The notes under the pieces are model-generated. The model had not been told where the DNA came from. It saw only the letters and a program-made list of their open reading frames with translations, and searched no databases. From assembly GCA_965200315.1 (NCBI GenBank), contig OZ241362.1, positions 2,336,001 to 2,400,000 on the forward strand: a stretch of 64,000 nt of DNA, given 5' to 3'. Shown here piece by piece: positions 40,122 through 50,423 of this stretch (the first letter of the stretch is position 1; each line of letters opens with the position of its first letter). This DNA is from Candidatus Latescibacterota bacterium (GTDB taxonomy: Bacteria; Latescibacterota; UBA2968; UBA8231). The translations under genes were made by a program, and so were the position numbers.

Positions 40122-41186
40122 TTATTCGTCGGCTTCGCGGGCCTCGTTTTGTCCTGCCACAACTTCGAGGCCCAACTCGACGCGTAGCTTGTGCTCAATC
40201 TCTGCGGCGACTGGTGCGTTTTCGCGCAGAAAGGCGCGGGCATTGTCTCGGCCCTGCCCCAATCGCTCGCCATTGTAGGAAAACCACGACCCACTCTTGT
40301 CAATAAGCCCCTTGCCAACACCGATATCAATCAGGTCGCCCTCCCAAGAAATGCCAATTGAGTCGCCGTGAAAGATCAGGTCGAATTCAGCTTCGCGAAA
40401 GGGGGGTGCCACTTTGTTTTTGACGACCTTGACCCGAGTGCGATTGCCAATATCGAGGTCGCCGTCTTTGACGCGGGCGATGCGGCGGATGTCGATGCGC
40501 ACCGAGGAGTAGAAGGGCAGAGCGCGCCCGCCGGTGGTGGTTTCCGGGTTGCCGAACATCACGCCGATCTTCATGCGCAACTGGTTGAGAAAGATCAGAC
40601 AGGTGTGCGAGCGGTTGATCGAGCCAGCGAGCTTGCGCAGGGCTTGGGACATCAGCCGCGCGTGCAAGCCCACGTGCGAATCACCCATGTCGCCTTCCAA
40701 TTCGGCCTGCGGTACCAGCGCGGCCACCGAATCCACCACGATGATATCGAAGGCACCACTGCGCACCAAGGTATCGACGATTTCGAGGGCTTGCTCGCCC
40801 GAATCCGGCTGCGATATGATTAGGTTTTCCACATCAACGCCAATGCGCCGAGCGAAGCTGACGTCGAGGGCGTGTTCGGCGTCGATAAAGGCCGCGGTGC
40901 CGTTCTGCTTTTGCGACTCGCGAATGGCGTGCAGCGAGAGCATGGTCTTGCCCGCCCCTTCTGGACCGGATATTTCGACGATCCGCCCCTTGGGCAAGCC
41001 GCCGATACCCAGCGCTACATCTACAGCCAGCGATCCGGTAGAAATCGCCTCCATCTCTTGCACTCCGCCCTCGTCGCCGAGGCGCATAATCGACCCCTTG
41101 CCGTACTGCTTTTCAATCTGCGACATCGCCAGTTCCAGCGCTTTGGCCTTGTTGCCGTCTGCGCTGTGTCCGTTCGCTTTCGCCAT
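40122..41186 (-). CDS. recA: Recombinase RecA
   Basis: [42 protein letters not shown]; start MAKANG with GGGAG RBS. Confidence 0.98.
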   Translation of the reverse strand: MAKANGHSADGNKAKALELAMSQIEKQYGKGSIMRLGDEGGVQEMEAISTGSLAVDVALGIGGLPKGRIVEISGPEGAGKTMLSLHAIRESQKQNGTAAFIDAEHALDVSFARRIGVDVENLIISQPDSGEQALEIVDTLVRSGAFDIIVVDSVAALVPQAELEGDMGDSHVGLHARLMSQALRKLAGSINRSHTCLIFLNQLRMKIGVMFGNPETTTGGRALPFYSSVRIDIRRIARVKDGDLDIGNRTRVKVVKNKVAPPFREAEFDLIFHGDSIGISWEGDLIDIGVGKGLIDKSGSWFSYNGERLGQGRDNARAFLRENAPVAAEIEHKLRVELGLEVVAGQNEAREADE

Positions 41187-41218
41187 GAAAATCTCCCTAA
41201 TTAAGTGTGGTATCCATT

Positions 41219-41668
41219 CTAGCCCATCCACTCGGCCAAATAGAACGACGAGCGAATGACCGCGTTGCTGTACAGGCCAGCGACCATGTCGTCGGCCACA
41301 ATACCCCACCCCCCGGGCAGGGCTTCTAGTTGCCGCGCCGGGGGCGGCTTGACAATATCGAAGGCGCGGAAGACGAAGAAGCCCGCAATGACCGTTCCTG
41401 CGCTTGGGGGCAAAAATGCCACTGCAAAGAGAAAGCCCACCCCCTCGTCAATGACGACTTGCCCGGGGTCCTCGCCCCATTCCGGGGCCGCCCGGCCCGC
41501 GCTGTACACCCCAAGGGCCGAAGCAGCTAAAAGCACTCCGATCCATTCCAGCTCTCCCAAAGTGGGAAAAAACAGCCAGTATAACAGAGCGACGAACGCG
41601 GTACCAGCCGTACCGGGCATCCACGGAGCATAGCCGACGAAAAAGAGCGTGGCGATCAGTCGGTTCAG
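41219..41668 (-). CDS. pgpA: Phosphatidylglycerophosphatase A (start uncertain, probably CTG)
   Basis: [36 protein letters not shown]. Confidence 0.88.
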   Translation of the reverse strand: MNRLIATLFFVGYAPWMPGTAGTAFVALLYWLFFPTLGELEWIGVLLAASALGVYSAGRAAPEWGEDPGQVVIDEGVGFLFAVAFLPPSAGTVIAGFFVFRAFDIVKPPPARQLEALPGGWGIVADDMVAGLYSNAVIRSSFYLAEWMG

Positions 41669-41694
41669 AAGAAACGCGTTCCTCTACGCCGCGC

Positions 41695-42297
41695 TCAAGG
41701 TTCCTTGTAGGAAGAGGTCGCGCGGAACAGGTAGTGAAAACCCGACAGCAGCGTCAGCAACAGCACCCCCGCCAATAGCGCATTGGCCAAAAGCTGGATT
41801 AGCTGGTCGTCGAGAAAGAAGAGATGACCTGCGGCAAAGCGCCCCATCGCCTCCTCAAGGCCAATGACAAAAAGTATGAAGATAACCGTGAAAAGCTGGA
41901 CCGCGGTCTTCCACTTAGCCAAGCGCGAAGTGACCATGGGGCGGCCCCGGTATATCCCGTAGAGGCGCATGCCCGTAATCAGGATGTCGCGCCCGACGAT
42001 GGGCAAGACCAGCCAAAAATTGACCATTCTGTTCAACGCTAGGGCAATGAGTGCCGACGTTACCAAGATTTTGTCGGCCAACGGGTCCAAGAAGCGGCCC
42101 AGCGGCGTTACTTGGTTGCCAGCGCGCGCTAGTTTGCCATCGTAGAAATCGGTCAGCGAGGCTGCGCTGAAGACGACGAAGGCAAGGCTTTTCAAATACC
42201 AAGTATCGGTGAACAGCAGCAGCAAAAACAGCGGCGTCAAACCGATCCTGAGCGCGGTCAGTCCATTGGGCAAGTTAAAAATATCGCGCCGGTCCAT
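41695..42297 (-). CDS. pgsA: CDP-diacylglycerol--glycerol-3-phosphate 3-phosphatidyltransferase
   Basis: NLPNGLTALR, TDFYDGKLAR...GRFLDPLADK CDP-alcohol phosphotransferase motif. Confidence 0.92.
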   Translation of the reverse strand: MDRRDIFNLPNGLTALRIGLTPLFLLLLFTDTWYLKSLAFVVFSAASLTDFYDGKLARAGNQVTPLGRFLDPLADKILVTSALIALALNRMVNFWLVLPIVGRDILITGMRLYGIYRGRPMVTSRLAKWKTAVQLFTVIFILFVIGLEEAMGRFAAGHLFFLDDQLIQLLANALLAGVLLLTLLSGFHYLFRATSSYKEP

Positions 42298-42304
42298 GAC
42301 TACC

Positions 42305-42901
42305 TCACAATGAAGATCGGCCGGCAAAGGCCAGCGAAAGAGTGACGCTGTCGGCCAAGTCCAAATCTGCGCCCACCGGCAGACCGCGCGCCAGCCTCGA
42401 CACCTTGGTCAGCGGCGTGAGCTGCTGCGCGATGAAGTGAGCGGTCGCATCGCCCTCGGCATTGGCGTTGAGCGCGAGCATTACCTCTTGGACGCCCTGC
42501 TGGCGCACGCGCTCGACCAAGGTGCCGATGTGCAAATCCTCGGGCAACACGCCGTCTTGCGGGGAGAGCACCCCGCCGAGCACGTGATACGCTCCAGAGT
42601 AAAACTGACTCATTTCAAAGGCCAACACGTCGCTGGCTTCGGCCACCACGCAGAGGAACTGCTGGTCGCGCCGAGTGTCTCGGCAGACTTCGCATAGGGG
42701 TTCGCCCTTTTGGGTGAAATTGTAGCAGGTAGCGCAGTGTTCGATTTGGTCTTTGGCGGCAATGAGCGCTTTGGCGAGCAACTCGGCTTCCTCGCGCGGC
42801 CTCTTGACCACATAGAGCGCCAAGCGCTGCGCCGTCTTGCGGCCGATACCGGGCAGCTTGGCAAATGCGACGATCAAGTCTTCGAGGGCCAGAGGTTCCA
42901 T
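42305..42901 (-). CDS. recR: Recombination mediator RecR
   Basis: LPGIGRKTAQR, C4 zinc finger, YHVLGG, RLARGLPVG. Confidence 0.96.
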   Translation of the reverse strand: MEPLALEDLIVAFAKLPGIGRKTAQRLALYVVKRPREEAELLAKALIAAKDQIEHCATCYNFTQKGEPLCEVCRDTRRDQQFLCVVAEASDVLAFEMSQFYSGAYHVLGGVLSPQDGVLPEDLHIGTLVERVRQQGVQEVMLALNANAEGDATAHFIAQQLTPLTKVSRLARGLPVGADLDLADSVTLSLAFAGRSSL

Positions 42902-42909
42902 GCGATTTC

Positions 42910-44577
42910 TCAGACCAACTCGCCATCAAAAGTGTCGAGCACCGAGCGGAGGGTGGGGTCGGATTCGGGCTGGGTTGCCGCCTGCGGGGCCGATTGCTCT
43001 CCTTTGTGTGCGACGACCTCCAAGCGCAGCAGCCGCCCATATTTCGCCTTGACTATCTCCTCTACGCTTTCTCGGTTGTTGCTCACGTGATTCATGGCAA
43101 AGCGGTCAGCGGCACCAAAGCTCAGCTTGAGCACATGGCCTTCTAGACTATCTAAGGCCGCCCTATTGAGAAAATTGGCCAGCGACGGCTTGGCGGCACG
43201 CACGGCATTGACTAACTCGGGCCAAGTGGAATGCACCTGATCAAAGCTCAGGCTGGCAGCGACATTGCTTGACTCAGCCGGAGCAGCGGCTGGCTGCTGG
43301 GGCAGGGGCGGAGGTGCGGCCTGTTCGCTGCGACCGCTTGGAGACGGGGACGCGACCTGTTCGCTCCCACTCCTTGGCAGCGGAGACCGGGCCGGTTCAC
43401 TCCGACCGCTACTTGAAGGGGGGGGCGTAGCCGGGCGCGGCGCAGCACCTTCAAGCGACTGCAAGCGGCGCAGCAGTTCGCCCACATCGACAGCCCTGCC
43501 CATCAGCGCTAGATGTACCAAGGCGATTTCTAGGCGGAAGCGCGGCTGTAGCGAACGCTTTAGATCCGCCTCTAAATCTAAGAGCGACTGCATCATGCGG
43601 AGCAGATCCTCGACTTCTATAGCGGCGGCAAGCTCGCCACAGCGGCGGCGGGCGTCCTCGGCCATATCCAGCTCATCGGTCCCACCCTGTATTTTGGTGA
43701 AGAGCAGGTGGCGCAAAAGCTCGACTAGGCCATAGACGAACTCCTCAATATCGGCCCCTTCGTCAACGGCTTGGGCGACGACATCCAAAACCCGTGCAGG
43801 GGCCGCTTCGCGCAGGGCGTCGAGCAATTCAAAGTAGAGGCCGCGATTGACGAGCCCCAACACCTGCACCACGGCTTGCTGCGACACCTCCGTGCCCAAT
43901 GAGACCACTTGATCGAGTAGGCTTTCAGCGTCGCGCAGGGCACCGTCCGCACGGCTAGCCAACAGGTGGAACGCTCCCTCTTCGACCGCGATGCCCTCGG
44001 CTTGGGCAATGATGCCCAGATGAGCGGCGATCTGCCCGGTGGAGATGCGGCGAAAATTGAAGCGCTGACAACGCGAGAGAATGGTGTCGGGGACCGACTG
44101 TACTTCCGTGGTGGCGAAGATGAAAACCACGCGCTCCGGCGGCTCCTCCAGCGTCTTCAACAGCGCATTGAACGCCGCGGTCGAAAGCATGTGAACTTCG
44201 TCGATGATGTAGATCTTATAGACGCCTTCGGTCGCAGCGTAGCGCACGACCTCGCGCAACTCGCGGACGTCATCGACGCTGTTGTTGGAGGCCCCGTCTA
44301 TCTCCAGCACGTTCATGCTGGTAGAGGTGGCGATGCTCTGGCAGGAATCGCACGCCTCGCAAGGGTTGCCGTCGCGGGGGTCGGCGCAGTTGAGGACCTT
44401 GGCGAGAATCCGTGCGGTCGTGGTCTTGCCCACGCCGCGAGGGCCGCAAAACAGGTAGCACTGCGCGATGCGTCCGGAATGGACGGCGCTCTTTAAGGTG
44501 GCAGTGATATGCTCCTGCCCGACAACTTCGTCGAATTGGCGCGGACGCCACTTGCGCGCTGTTACCTGATAGGTCAT
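42910..44577 (-). CDS. dnaX: DNA polymerase III subunit gamma/tau
   Basis: ARKWRP, GPRGVGKTT, EIDGASN, IDEVHML, KTLEEPP, SRCQ. Confidence 0.97.
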   Translation of the reverse strand: MTYQVTARKWRPRQFDEVVGQEHITATLKSAVHSGRIAQCYLFCGPRGVGKTTTARILAKVLNCADPRDGNPCEACDSCQSIATSTSMNVLEIDGASNNSVDDVRELREVVRYAATEGVYKIYIIDEVHMLSTAAFNALLKTLEEPPERVVFIFATTEVQSVPDTILSRCQRFNFRRISTGQIAAHLGIIAQAEGIAVEEGAFHLLASRADGALRDAESLLDQVVSLGTEVSQQAVVQVLGLVNRGLYFELLDALREAAPARVLDVVAQAVDEGADIEEFVYGLVELLRHLLFTKIQGGTDELDMAEDARRRCGELAAAIEVEDLLRMMQSLLDLEADLKRSLQPRFRLEIALVHLALMGRAVDVGELLRRLQSLEGAAPRPATPPPSSSGRSEPARSPLPRSGSEQVASPSPSGRSEQAAPPPLPQQPAAAPAESSNVAASLSFDQVHSTWPELVNAVRAAKPSLANFLNRAALDSLEGHVLKLSFGAADRFAMNHVSNNRESVEEIVKAKYGRLLRLEVVAHKGEQSAPQAATQPESDPTLRSVLDTFDGELV

Positions 44578-44627
44578 TTGCGTTGCTCGACACAGCCAAG
44601 CTGAAGGGAATAAATAAAAAATTAAAA

Positions 44628-44899
44628 GGCCGTGCACCCATCTTCGATCCCGCCCTCAGGTCTGCCCAAAGCCAGTTAGCTCCAACCGGACAACTCTGCG
44701 GCACACCAAGAGACATTCCTACCGCTGCTACCTTCCGGTCCTGACGGGGTTCAGAAGCTCTTAATTGCGCAGAATCCGGTCTTCAGCGCCACTTTGCTCC
44801 GGGTCGAACAAGAGGGGCGAAAACCTCTGGATGGGAATTCAATCCCGCTATAGCGGATTGCGGGTACAGGGCACCGCTATCTCCCCATCTAGCACGACC
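44628..44899 (-). ncRNA. ffs: Signal recognition particle RNA, large (Alu-domain) type
   Basis: 5' GGTCGTGCTAGATGGGGAGATAGCGGTGCCCTGTACCCGCAATCCGCT Alu domain; helix-8 CAGGACCGGAAGGTAGCAG; 3' GGGTGCACGGCC pairs with the 5' end; upstream of dnaX. Confidence 0.93.
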
Positions 44900-44936
44900 T
44901 ACAACACTGCATTTCACAGCGGATATCCGGAAAATA

Positions 44937-45012
44937 TGGTGGAGCAGATGGGGATCGAACCCACGACCTCCAGATTGCGAACCTGGCGCTCTCCCAGCTG
45001 AGCTACTGCCCC
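44937..45012 (-). tRNA. tRNA-Ala(CGC)
   Basis: GGGGCAG acceptor with G3:U70, anticodon loop TT-CGC-AA, TTCGA, encoded CCA. Confidence 0.95.
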
Positions 45013-45026
45013 GTCCGGATCAATTA

Positions 45027-45117
45027 TGGCGGAGAGAGTGGGATTCGAACCCACGGTAGGGGGTTGCCCTACACACGATTTCCAGTCGTGCACCTTCGAC
45101 CACTCGGTCATCTCTCC
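45027..45117 (-). tRNA. tRNA-Ser(GGA)
   Basis: Anticodon loop CT-GGA-AA, long variable arm, GCCA end. Confidence 0.95.
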
Positions 45118-45138
45118 ACAAAAGCATTGTGTCTTAAA

Positions 45139-45228
<90 letters not shown>

Positions 45229-45233
45229 TCAAT

Positions 45234-45719
45234 CTACTTGGCCGCTCGCAGGGCCGCAAAAAACCCCTTGAGCAACTCGGCACATTCTCGCTTTAGTACC
45301 CCGCCGCGAACCTGACAGCGATGATTGAGCCGAGGATCCTCCGCAATGTTGCACAACGAGCCGCAAGCACCAGACTTAGGATCGGCGGCCCCAAAGACCA
45401 ACCGTGGCACCCGGGCTAAAACCGCGGCCCCAGCACACATGGCGCAAGGCTCCAAAGTGACGTAGAGCGTCGTTGCCAACAAGCGCCGCGTCCCCAGTGC
45501 CGCTACGGCTTGGCGCAAGGCCAGCATTTCCGCATGGGCTGTGGGGTCCTGCGTTGCTTCAATGGCGTTGCCGGCCCGGCCCAAAACCTGCCCGGCTCCG
45601 ACGACGACAGCACCGACGGGTACCTCGCCGCGACGACCGGCGCACTCGGCCTCGCGCAGGGCCTCGCGCATCCAATGGCTGTCTTCGGCGAATGAGCTAA
45701 CTTCTTCCGTAGAATCCAT
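45234..45719 (-). CDS. tadA: tRNA adenosine(34) deaminase
   Basis: EVPVGAV, DPTAHAE, TLEPCAMC, LNH. Confidence 0.93.
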   Translation of the reverse strand: MDSTEEVSSFAEDSHWMREALREAECAGRRGEVPVGAVVVGAGQVLGRAGNAIEATQDPTAHAEMLALRQAVAALGTRRLLATTLYVTLEPCAMCAGAAVLARVPRLVFGAADPKSGACGSLCNIAEDPRLNHRCQVRGGVLKRECAELLKGFFAALRAAK

Positions 45720-45797
45720 TTGAGGCCGTTTTAAGGGGCCTTCCAAGAGATGTAAATATAACGGCTGCCCAAAACAAGAGCAAGACTTAGTGAGGCT

Positions 45798-46229
45798 TCA
45801 AAAACGCTTGCGATAATGGTCGCGGGGAAACAGAGAAGAGGCCCGACGCTGCCAGTAACTTTCCGCGTCGGGAGCGATTTTGCGGTCGAGCGGATCGCGG
45901 CCCAAAAGGCGCATACCAAGCCCAATCAGCGTAAAAAGCGTGTAGAAAACCAGCGCCAAGAGCAGGTGGATATTGACAAAGGCAACGATTCTCGCCAGCC
46001 ACATGTAGGGAAAGTAGATCGGCTTCAGCGCGACGGGTAGCACCAACCCAGTCCCGAGCAACACCAGCGAGGCCGCGTGTACAAGCTGGGCAATGCCGAT
46101 AGCTTCCACGTACCACAGATAGCCACCTAACACGGCCAACAATGCCGCCAGCACGATTCCGAATCGGCGCAAATCGACGCGCAAGGGAACCGCAACGCCC
46201 CAGTAGCTCTTGACCTCAGTCAAGCTCAA
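45798..46229 (-). CDS. SxtJ-family membrane protein
   Basis: LRRFG, TM segments, GRDPL..SYW; coupled to the carbamoyltransferase. Confidence 0.75.
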   Translation of the reverse strand: MSLTEVKSYWGVAVPLRVDLRRFGIVLAALLAVLGGYLWYVEAIGIAQLVHAASLVLLGTGLVLPVALKPIYFPYMWLARIVAFVNIHLLLALVFYTLFTLIGLGMRLLGRDPLDRKIAPDAESYWQRRASSLFPRDHYRKRF

Positions 46230-48039
46230 ACTCCTCTTGCCAATCCAGCTCTTCCTGCCACTGCGGCTGGTCTTTTTTGTCCAAGATATAAGAGCCTATA
46301 ACCAAAAAATCCATCTCGGTCCGCATGAAGCAGCGATAGGCATCTGCTGGGCTTTGGACGATGGGTTCGCCGCGCACGTTGAAGGACGTGTTGACGACCA
46401 CCGGGTATCCGGTCAGACTCTGAAAGGCGCGAATCACGTCGTAGTAGCGCGGGTGATCTTGCCGGCGCAGCGTCTGCACCCGCGCCGAGTAATCCACGTG
46501 GGTGACGGCTGGCATATCCGAGCGCGGCACGTTTAGCTTGTCGATGCCGAACAGCCGCTGTTGGTCCTCGCTCATGGGAATCTGCCGCTCCGCTTTAATC
46601 GGGGCCACTTGCAGCATGTAGGGCGAGTCGGCATCTAGCTCAAAGAACTCGTGTACGTATTCGCGCAGGACTGTCGGAGCAAAGGGACGGAAGCTCTCGC
46701 GGAACTTGATTTTGAGGTTCATCACCGACTGCATCTGGGTGGAGCGCGGGTCGCCTAAAATCGACCGGGCGCCGAGCGCACGCGGCCCAAATTCCATCCG
46801 CCCCTGAAAAAAGCCTACTACCTTGCCCGCGGCCAACAGCTCGGCCACATGCACTGGCAGTTCGTCCTCAGCGAGTTTTTGCGCCACCCCCGCCTGCTCC
46901 TCAATGCACTGGTAGATTTCTTCGTCCCCGTACTCAGGCCCTAATAGCGCCCCCCGCATCGCGTCGTTTTCGCCATCTGCCATCCGCTCATGGCCCAAAT
47001 GATTATGCCACAGCGCTAGCGCCACGCCCAAGGCCCCGCCGGCATCGCCCGCCGCCGGCTGAATCCAGATGTTTTCAAAGGGCCCTTCGCGCAAGATGCG
47101 GCCATTGCCGACGCAATTGAGGGCTACGCCACCGGCCATGCACAAGTTCTTGAGTTTGGTTTCTCGATGCACCGTGCGGGCAATGCGCAACATGACTTCC
47201 TCGGTGACGACCTGACAGGAGCGCGCAATATCCATCTCGCGCTGCGTCAGCGTCGTCTCTGGCCGCCGCGGCGCTCCCCCGAAGAGCTTGTCCATAGCCC
47301 GACTGGTCATCGTCAGGCCGGATAGGTAGTTGAAATAACGAGTGTTGAGCTTGAAGGAGCCGTCGTCCTTCAGGTCGATTATCTCGTCGAGCATTAGATC
47401 GACGTATTTTGGCTCGCCATAAGGGGCCAGCCCCATCAGCTTGTACTCGCCGGAGTTGACCTTAAAGCCCGCAAAATAGGTAAAGGCCGAATAGAACAAA
47501 CCCAGCGAGTGGGGAAACTTGATATCGGCCAGCGTGTGAATTTCGGCATCTCGGCCGTAGCCATAGCTGGTAGTGGTCCACTCGCCGACCCCGTCCAAGG
47601 TCGCGATCGCCGCTTCCCGATACGGCGACGGGTAGAAGGCCGACGCGGCGTGCGACTCGTGGTGGTCGCTGAACAGTATGGGTACATCGCAGCCTAGCTG
47701 TTCTTGGATTAACTGCGGGATCCACAGCTTCTTTTCGAGCCATACCTTCATGCTCTTCCAGTAGAGGCGGAGGCCCAACGGCGCCGTGCCGAGATGGGTC
47801 TCTAGCAGGCGTTCAAAAGTCAACAGGGGTTTGTCGTAAAACCCCACGCAGTGCAGGTCTTTGGCCTCAATACCGCCTTTTCGCAGACAGTAGGAGACGG
47901 CGCGAGTGGGAAAATCTGGATCGTGTTTAACGCGCGAGAATCGCTCCTCCTGCACCGCAGCGACGATTTCTCCGTCGCGCACCAAACAGGCCGCGCTATC
48001 GTGGTAAAATGCGGAAATGCCGAGGATGTAAGTGGCCAT
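46216..48039 (-). CDS. Carbamoyltransferase (NodU/CmcH family)
   Basis: ILGISAFYHDSAA, QEERFSR, HHESHAASAF, EYKLMGLAPYG, GRMEFGPRALG, NTSFNVRGEP. Confidence 0.93.
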   Translation of the reverse strand: MATYILGISAFYHDSAACLVRDGEIVAAVQEERFSRVKHDPDFPTRAVSYCLRKGGIEAKDLHCVGFYDKPLLTFERLLETHLGTAPLGLRLYWKSMKVWLEKKLWIPQLIQEQLGCDVPILFSDHHESHAASAFYPSPYREAAIATLDGVGEWTTTSYGYGRDAEIHTLADIKFPHSLGLFYSAFTYFAGFKVNSGEYKLMGLAPYGEPKYVDLMLDEIIDLKDDGSFKLNTRYFNYLSGLTMTSRAMDKLFGGAPRRPETTLTQREMDIARSCQVVTEEVMLRIARTVHRETKLKNLCMAGGVALNCVGNGRILREGPFENIWIQPAAGDAGGALGVALALWHNHLGHERMADGENDAMRGALLGPEYGDEEIYQCIEEQAGVAQKLAEDELPVHVAELLAAGKVVGFFQGRMEFGPRALGARSILGDPRSTQMQSVMNLKIKFRESFRPFAPTVLREYVHEFFELDADSPYMLQVAPIKAERQIPMSEDQQRLFGIDKLNVPRSDMPAVTHVDYSARVQTLRRQDHPRYYDVIRAFQSLTGYPVVVNTSFNVRGEPIVQSPADAYRCFMRTEMDFLVIGSYILDKKDQPQWQEELDWQEEFELD

Positions 48040-48046
48040 AAGGAGC

Positions 48047-48075
48047 TTGACAAAATGGGATTTGGCAGCGATAAT
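48047..48075 (+). promoter_or_regulatory. sigma70 promoter TTGACA-N17-GATAAT for lysA
   Basis: Near-consensus hexamers with 17-bp spacing in the divergent intergenic region. Confidence 0.6.
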
Positions 48076-48131
48076 AGAAGGCTTTCATAAGCTACGGATT
48101 CTATTGAAAAATATCAAGTTAGGTTCATTTG

Positions 48132-49403
48132 ATGGAACGGCTTTCACTCCTGTCTGAAGACCAAGTTCGCGCTGTCCAGTGCCAATTTGGGACGCCCACT
48201 TTTGTCTATAGTCAAAAGGCGTTGGAATCCCAAGCCCAAAAGGCACTGGCCTTCCCCAATGCACACGGCCTGACGGTTCGCTACGCGGTGAAAGCCTGTC
48301 CGGCAGCCGGCGTGATCCGCATTCTCAATCGCGCCGGCCTGCACATCGACGCGAGCAGTGGCTACGAAGCGCTGCGGGCCATGCGCGCTGGCGTCCCTGC
48401 GGACCAGATTCAGATCACGGCCCAACAACTACCCGACAATTTAGCAGATCTAGTGCGCCAAGGTGCCCTCTTCAACGCCTGTTCCCTGCACCAACTCGCA
48501 GCCTACGGCCGGCTCTTTCCGGGCCGCGAAGTTTCCGTACGCATTAACCCAGGCCTAGGTTCGGGACACAGCAACCGCACCAATACGGGCGGCCCTTCGT
48601 CGAGCTTCGGCATCTGGCACGAGCATCTCGACCAAGTGCTCGCAACGGCCGCCAAACACAACCTGCAACTCACTGGCTTGCACAGCCATATCGGCTCGGG
48701 CAGCGACCCAGCAGTCTGGCAGAACTGCGCCCGGCTGACCCTCGGCGTAGCCACCAAACTGCCCGAGGTCCGGCGCGTGAACATGGGTGGCGGTTTCAAA
48801 ATTGGACGCATGGCCGACGAAGTATCGACCGACTTGCACAAGGCCGGTCAACCTGTGGCCGACGAATTCAACCGCTTCGCCTGCGAGCATGGCCGCAAAC
48901 TGCATCTGGAAATCGAACCGGGGACCTTCTTGGTAGGCAACGCCGGTGCCATCGTCTGTAGCGTCGTCGACGTAGTCGATACCGGCCCGCAGGGCTATTG
49001 CTTTATCAAGGTCAATAGCGGCATGACCGAAGTGTTGCGTCCCAGTCTGTACGGGGCGCAGCACCCCATCGTCGTAGTTGCGGCCACCCCAGAGGAACGC
49101 GGCCAAGGCGAGTACCTAATTGCTGGCCATTGCTGTGAAAGCGGGGATATTCTCACGCCAGCGTCCGGCAACCCCGAAGAACTGGGACCTCGTGCACTCA
49201 CCGAGCCGCGCATCGGCGATGCGGTCTTTATCGGCGGCAGCGGAGCCTATTGCGCTGGCATGGCCGCCAAAAACTACAATTCCTTCCCGGAAGCATGCGA
49301 AGTACTGCTCGGTACAGACGGCGAGCTGCATCTGCTGCGCCAGCGACAAACCCTCGACCAAGTCCTAGCCAACGAGTCCCTACCCGCTTTCCTCAGCTCC
49401 TAA
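48132..49403 (+). CDS. lysA: Diaminopimelate decarboxylase
   Basis: YAVKA (PLP Lys), HSHIGS, NMGGG, EPGTFLV, CESGDIL, GAY...YNS. Confidence 0.88.
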   Translation: MERLSLLSEDQVRAVQCQFGTPTFVYSQKALESQAQKALAFPNAHGLTVRYAVKACPAAGVIRILNRAGLHIDASSGYEALRAMRAGVPADQIQITAQQLPDNLADLVRQGALFNACSLHQLAAYGRLFPGREVSVRINPGLGSGHSNRTNTGGPSSSFGIWHEHLDQVLATAAKHNLQLTGLHSHIGSGSDPAVWQNCARLTLGVATKLPEVRRVNMGGGFKIGRMADEVSTDLHKAGQPVADEFNRFACEHGRKLHLEIEPGTFLVGNAGAIVCSVVDVVDTGPQGYCFIKVNSGMTEVLRPSLYGAQHPIVVVAATPEERGQGEYLIAGHCCESGDILTPASGNPEELGPRALTEPRIGDAVFIGGSGAYCAGMAAKNYNSFPEACEVLLGTDGELHLLRQRQTLDQVLANESLPAFLSS

Positions 49404-50423
49404 GCCGCGCAGCTTCGGATCCAGCGCGTCGCGCAACCCGTCGCCTAGCAGGTTGTACAAGGTCACGGTCGCAAAAATGGCCAAGCCCGGCACGACCACC
49501 AGCCACCACGCCGCTGCGTTACTACGCGCCCCGGCCAGCAGGGCACCCCAAGTGATCACTTCTGCTGGTATCCCTACCCCTAAAAAGCTCAATCCAGACT
49601 CGGCGAGGATGGCACCTGCGACCCCAAAGGCCGCCGGGATTAAGATCGGGCCGATGGCGTTAGGCAGGATGTGCCGGAACATGATCCGCCCATTTGAGTA
49701 TCCGAGGCTGCGTGCGGCTGCCACGTAATCGTAGCTGCGCACCTGCAAAAACTGCGATCGCGCCAAGCGGGCGATACCGACCCAACTCGTAAGACCGATA
49801 ATGACCATGACGAAGAACAGACTTGGCGGAAAAAACGCCGCGACCGTCAATATCAGAAAGAAGCTAGGAATCGCGGCCCACAACTCGAAAAGACGCGAGA
49901 GTGCCAAGTCAACCCAGCCTCCAAAGTAGCCGGCCAACGCCCCCAAGACCAAGCCAATGGCCAGCGATATCCCCACGGCCACTAGGCCGATGGTCAAAGC
50001 GTAGCGCGTACCGTGAATCAGTCCCGAGAGCACGTCGCGGCCCAAGCGGTCCGTGCCCAGCCAGTGCTCGGCTCCCGGGGGCTGGTACTTCTCCCGCAAG
50101 CGGATCTCGCCCGGGGCATAAGGCACCGGCGGGAAGATGGCCTCCTCTAACTTGAGCTTTTTGAAGTTGCGGCGGCGCTTTAATTCCGCTGGCCAGTCCA
50201 TTACCCCTAGATAGACTGCGTATTGGCGGAAGGCCGGAAAGTAGATCTCGCCCTTGTATTTCATGTAGTACGGCTTGTCGCCGGCCAGCAAGTCGGCGCT
50301 CAAGGCCATAATCCCCAGCAAGACGATGCCCAAGAGACTGAGCAGAGCGGGTCTGTTTTTCTTTAACTGTCTCCATACGACCCGCCCGTAGGACTGCCCT
50401 TGTGCAACGGTCTCCGCGCTCAT
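49380..50423 (-). CDS. Peptide/nickel ABC transporter permease (OppC/DppC-like)
   Basis: HWLGTDRLGRD, YVAAARSLG EAA-like loop, ESGLSFLG, GDGLRDALDP. Confidence 0.92.
   Translation of the reverse strand: MSAETVAQGQSYGRVVWRQLKKNRPALLSLLGIVLLGIMALSADLLAGDKPYYMKYKGEIYFPAFRQYAVYLGVMDWPAELKRRRNFKKLKLEEAIFPPVPYAPGEIRLREKYQPPGAEHWLGTDRLGRDVLSGLIHGTRYALTIGLVAVGISLAIGLVLGALAGYFGGWVDLALSRLFELWAAIPSFFLILTVAAFFPPSLFFVMVIIGLTSWVGIARLARSQFLQVRSYDYVAAARSLGYSNGRIMFRHILPNAIGPILIPAAFGVAGAILAESGLSFLGVGIPAEVITWGALLAGARSNAAAWWLVVVPGLAIFATVTLYNLLGDGLRDALDPKLRGLGAEESG

Noticed and set aside
43260-43440. Repeated SGRSE/SGSEQ motifs in dnaX
   Set aside because: Ordinary low-complexity Pro/Ser linker of the tau subunit.
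45798-48039. Saxitoxin biosynthesis cluster
   Set aside because: Only the generic carbamoyltransferase and SxtJ-like genes are present; no sxtA, sxtG or other pathway genes.
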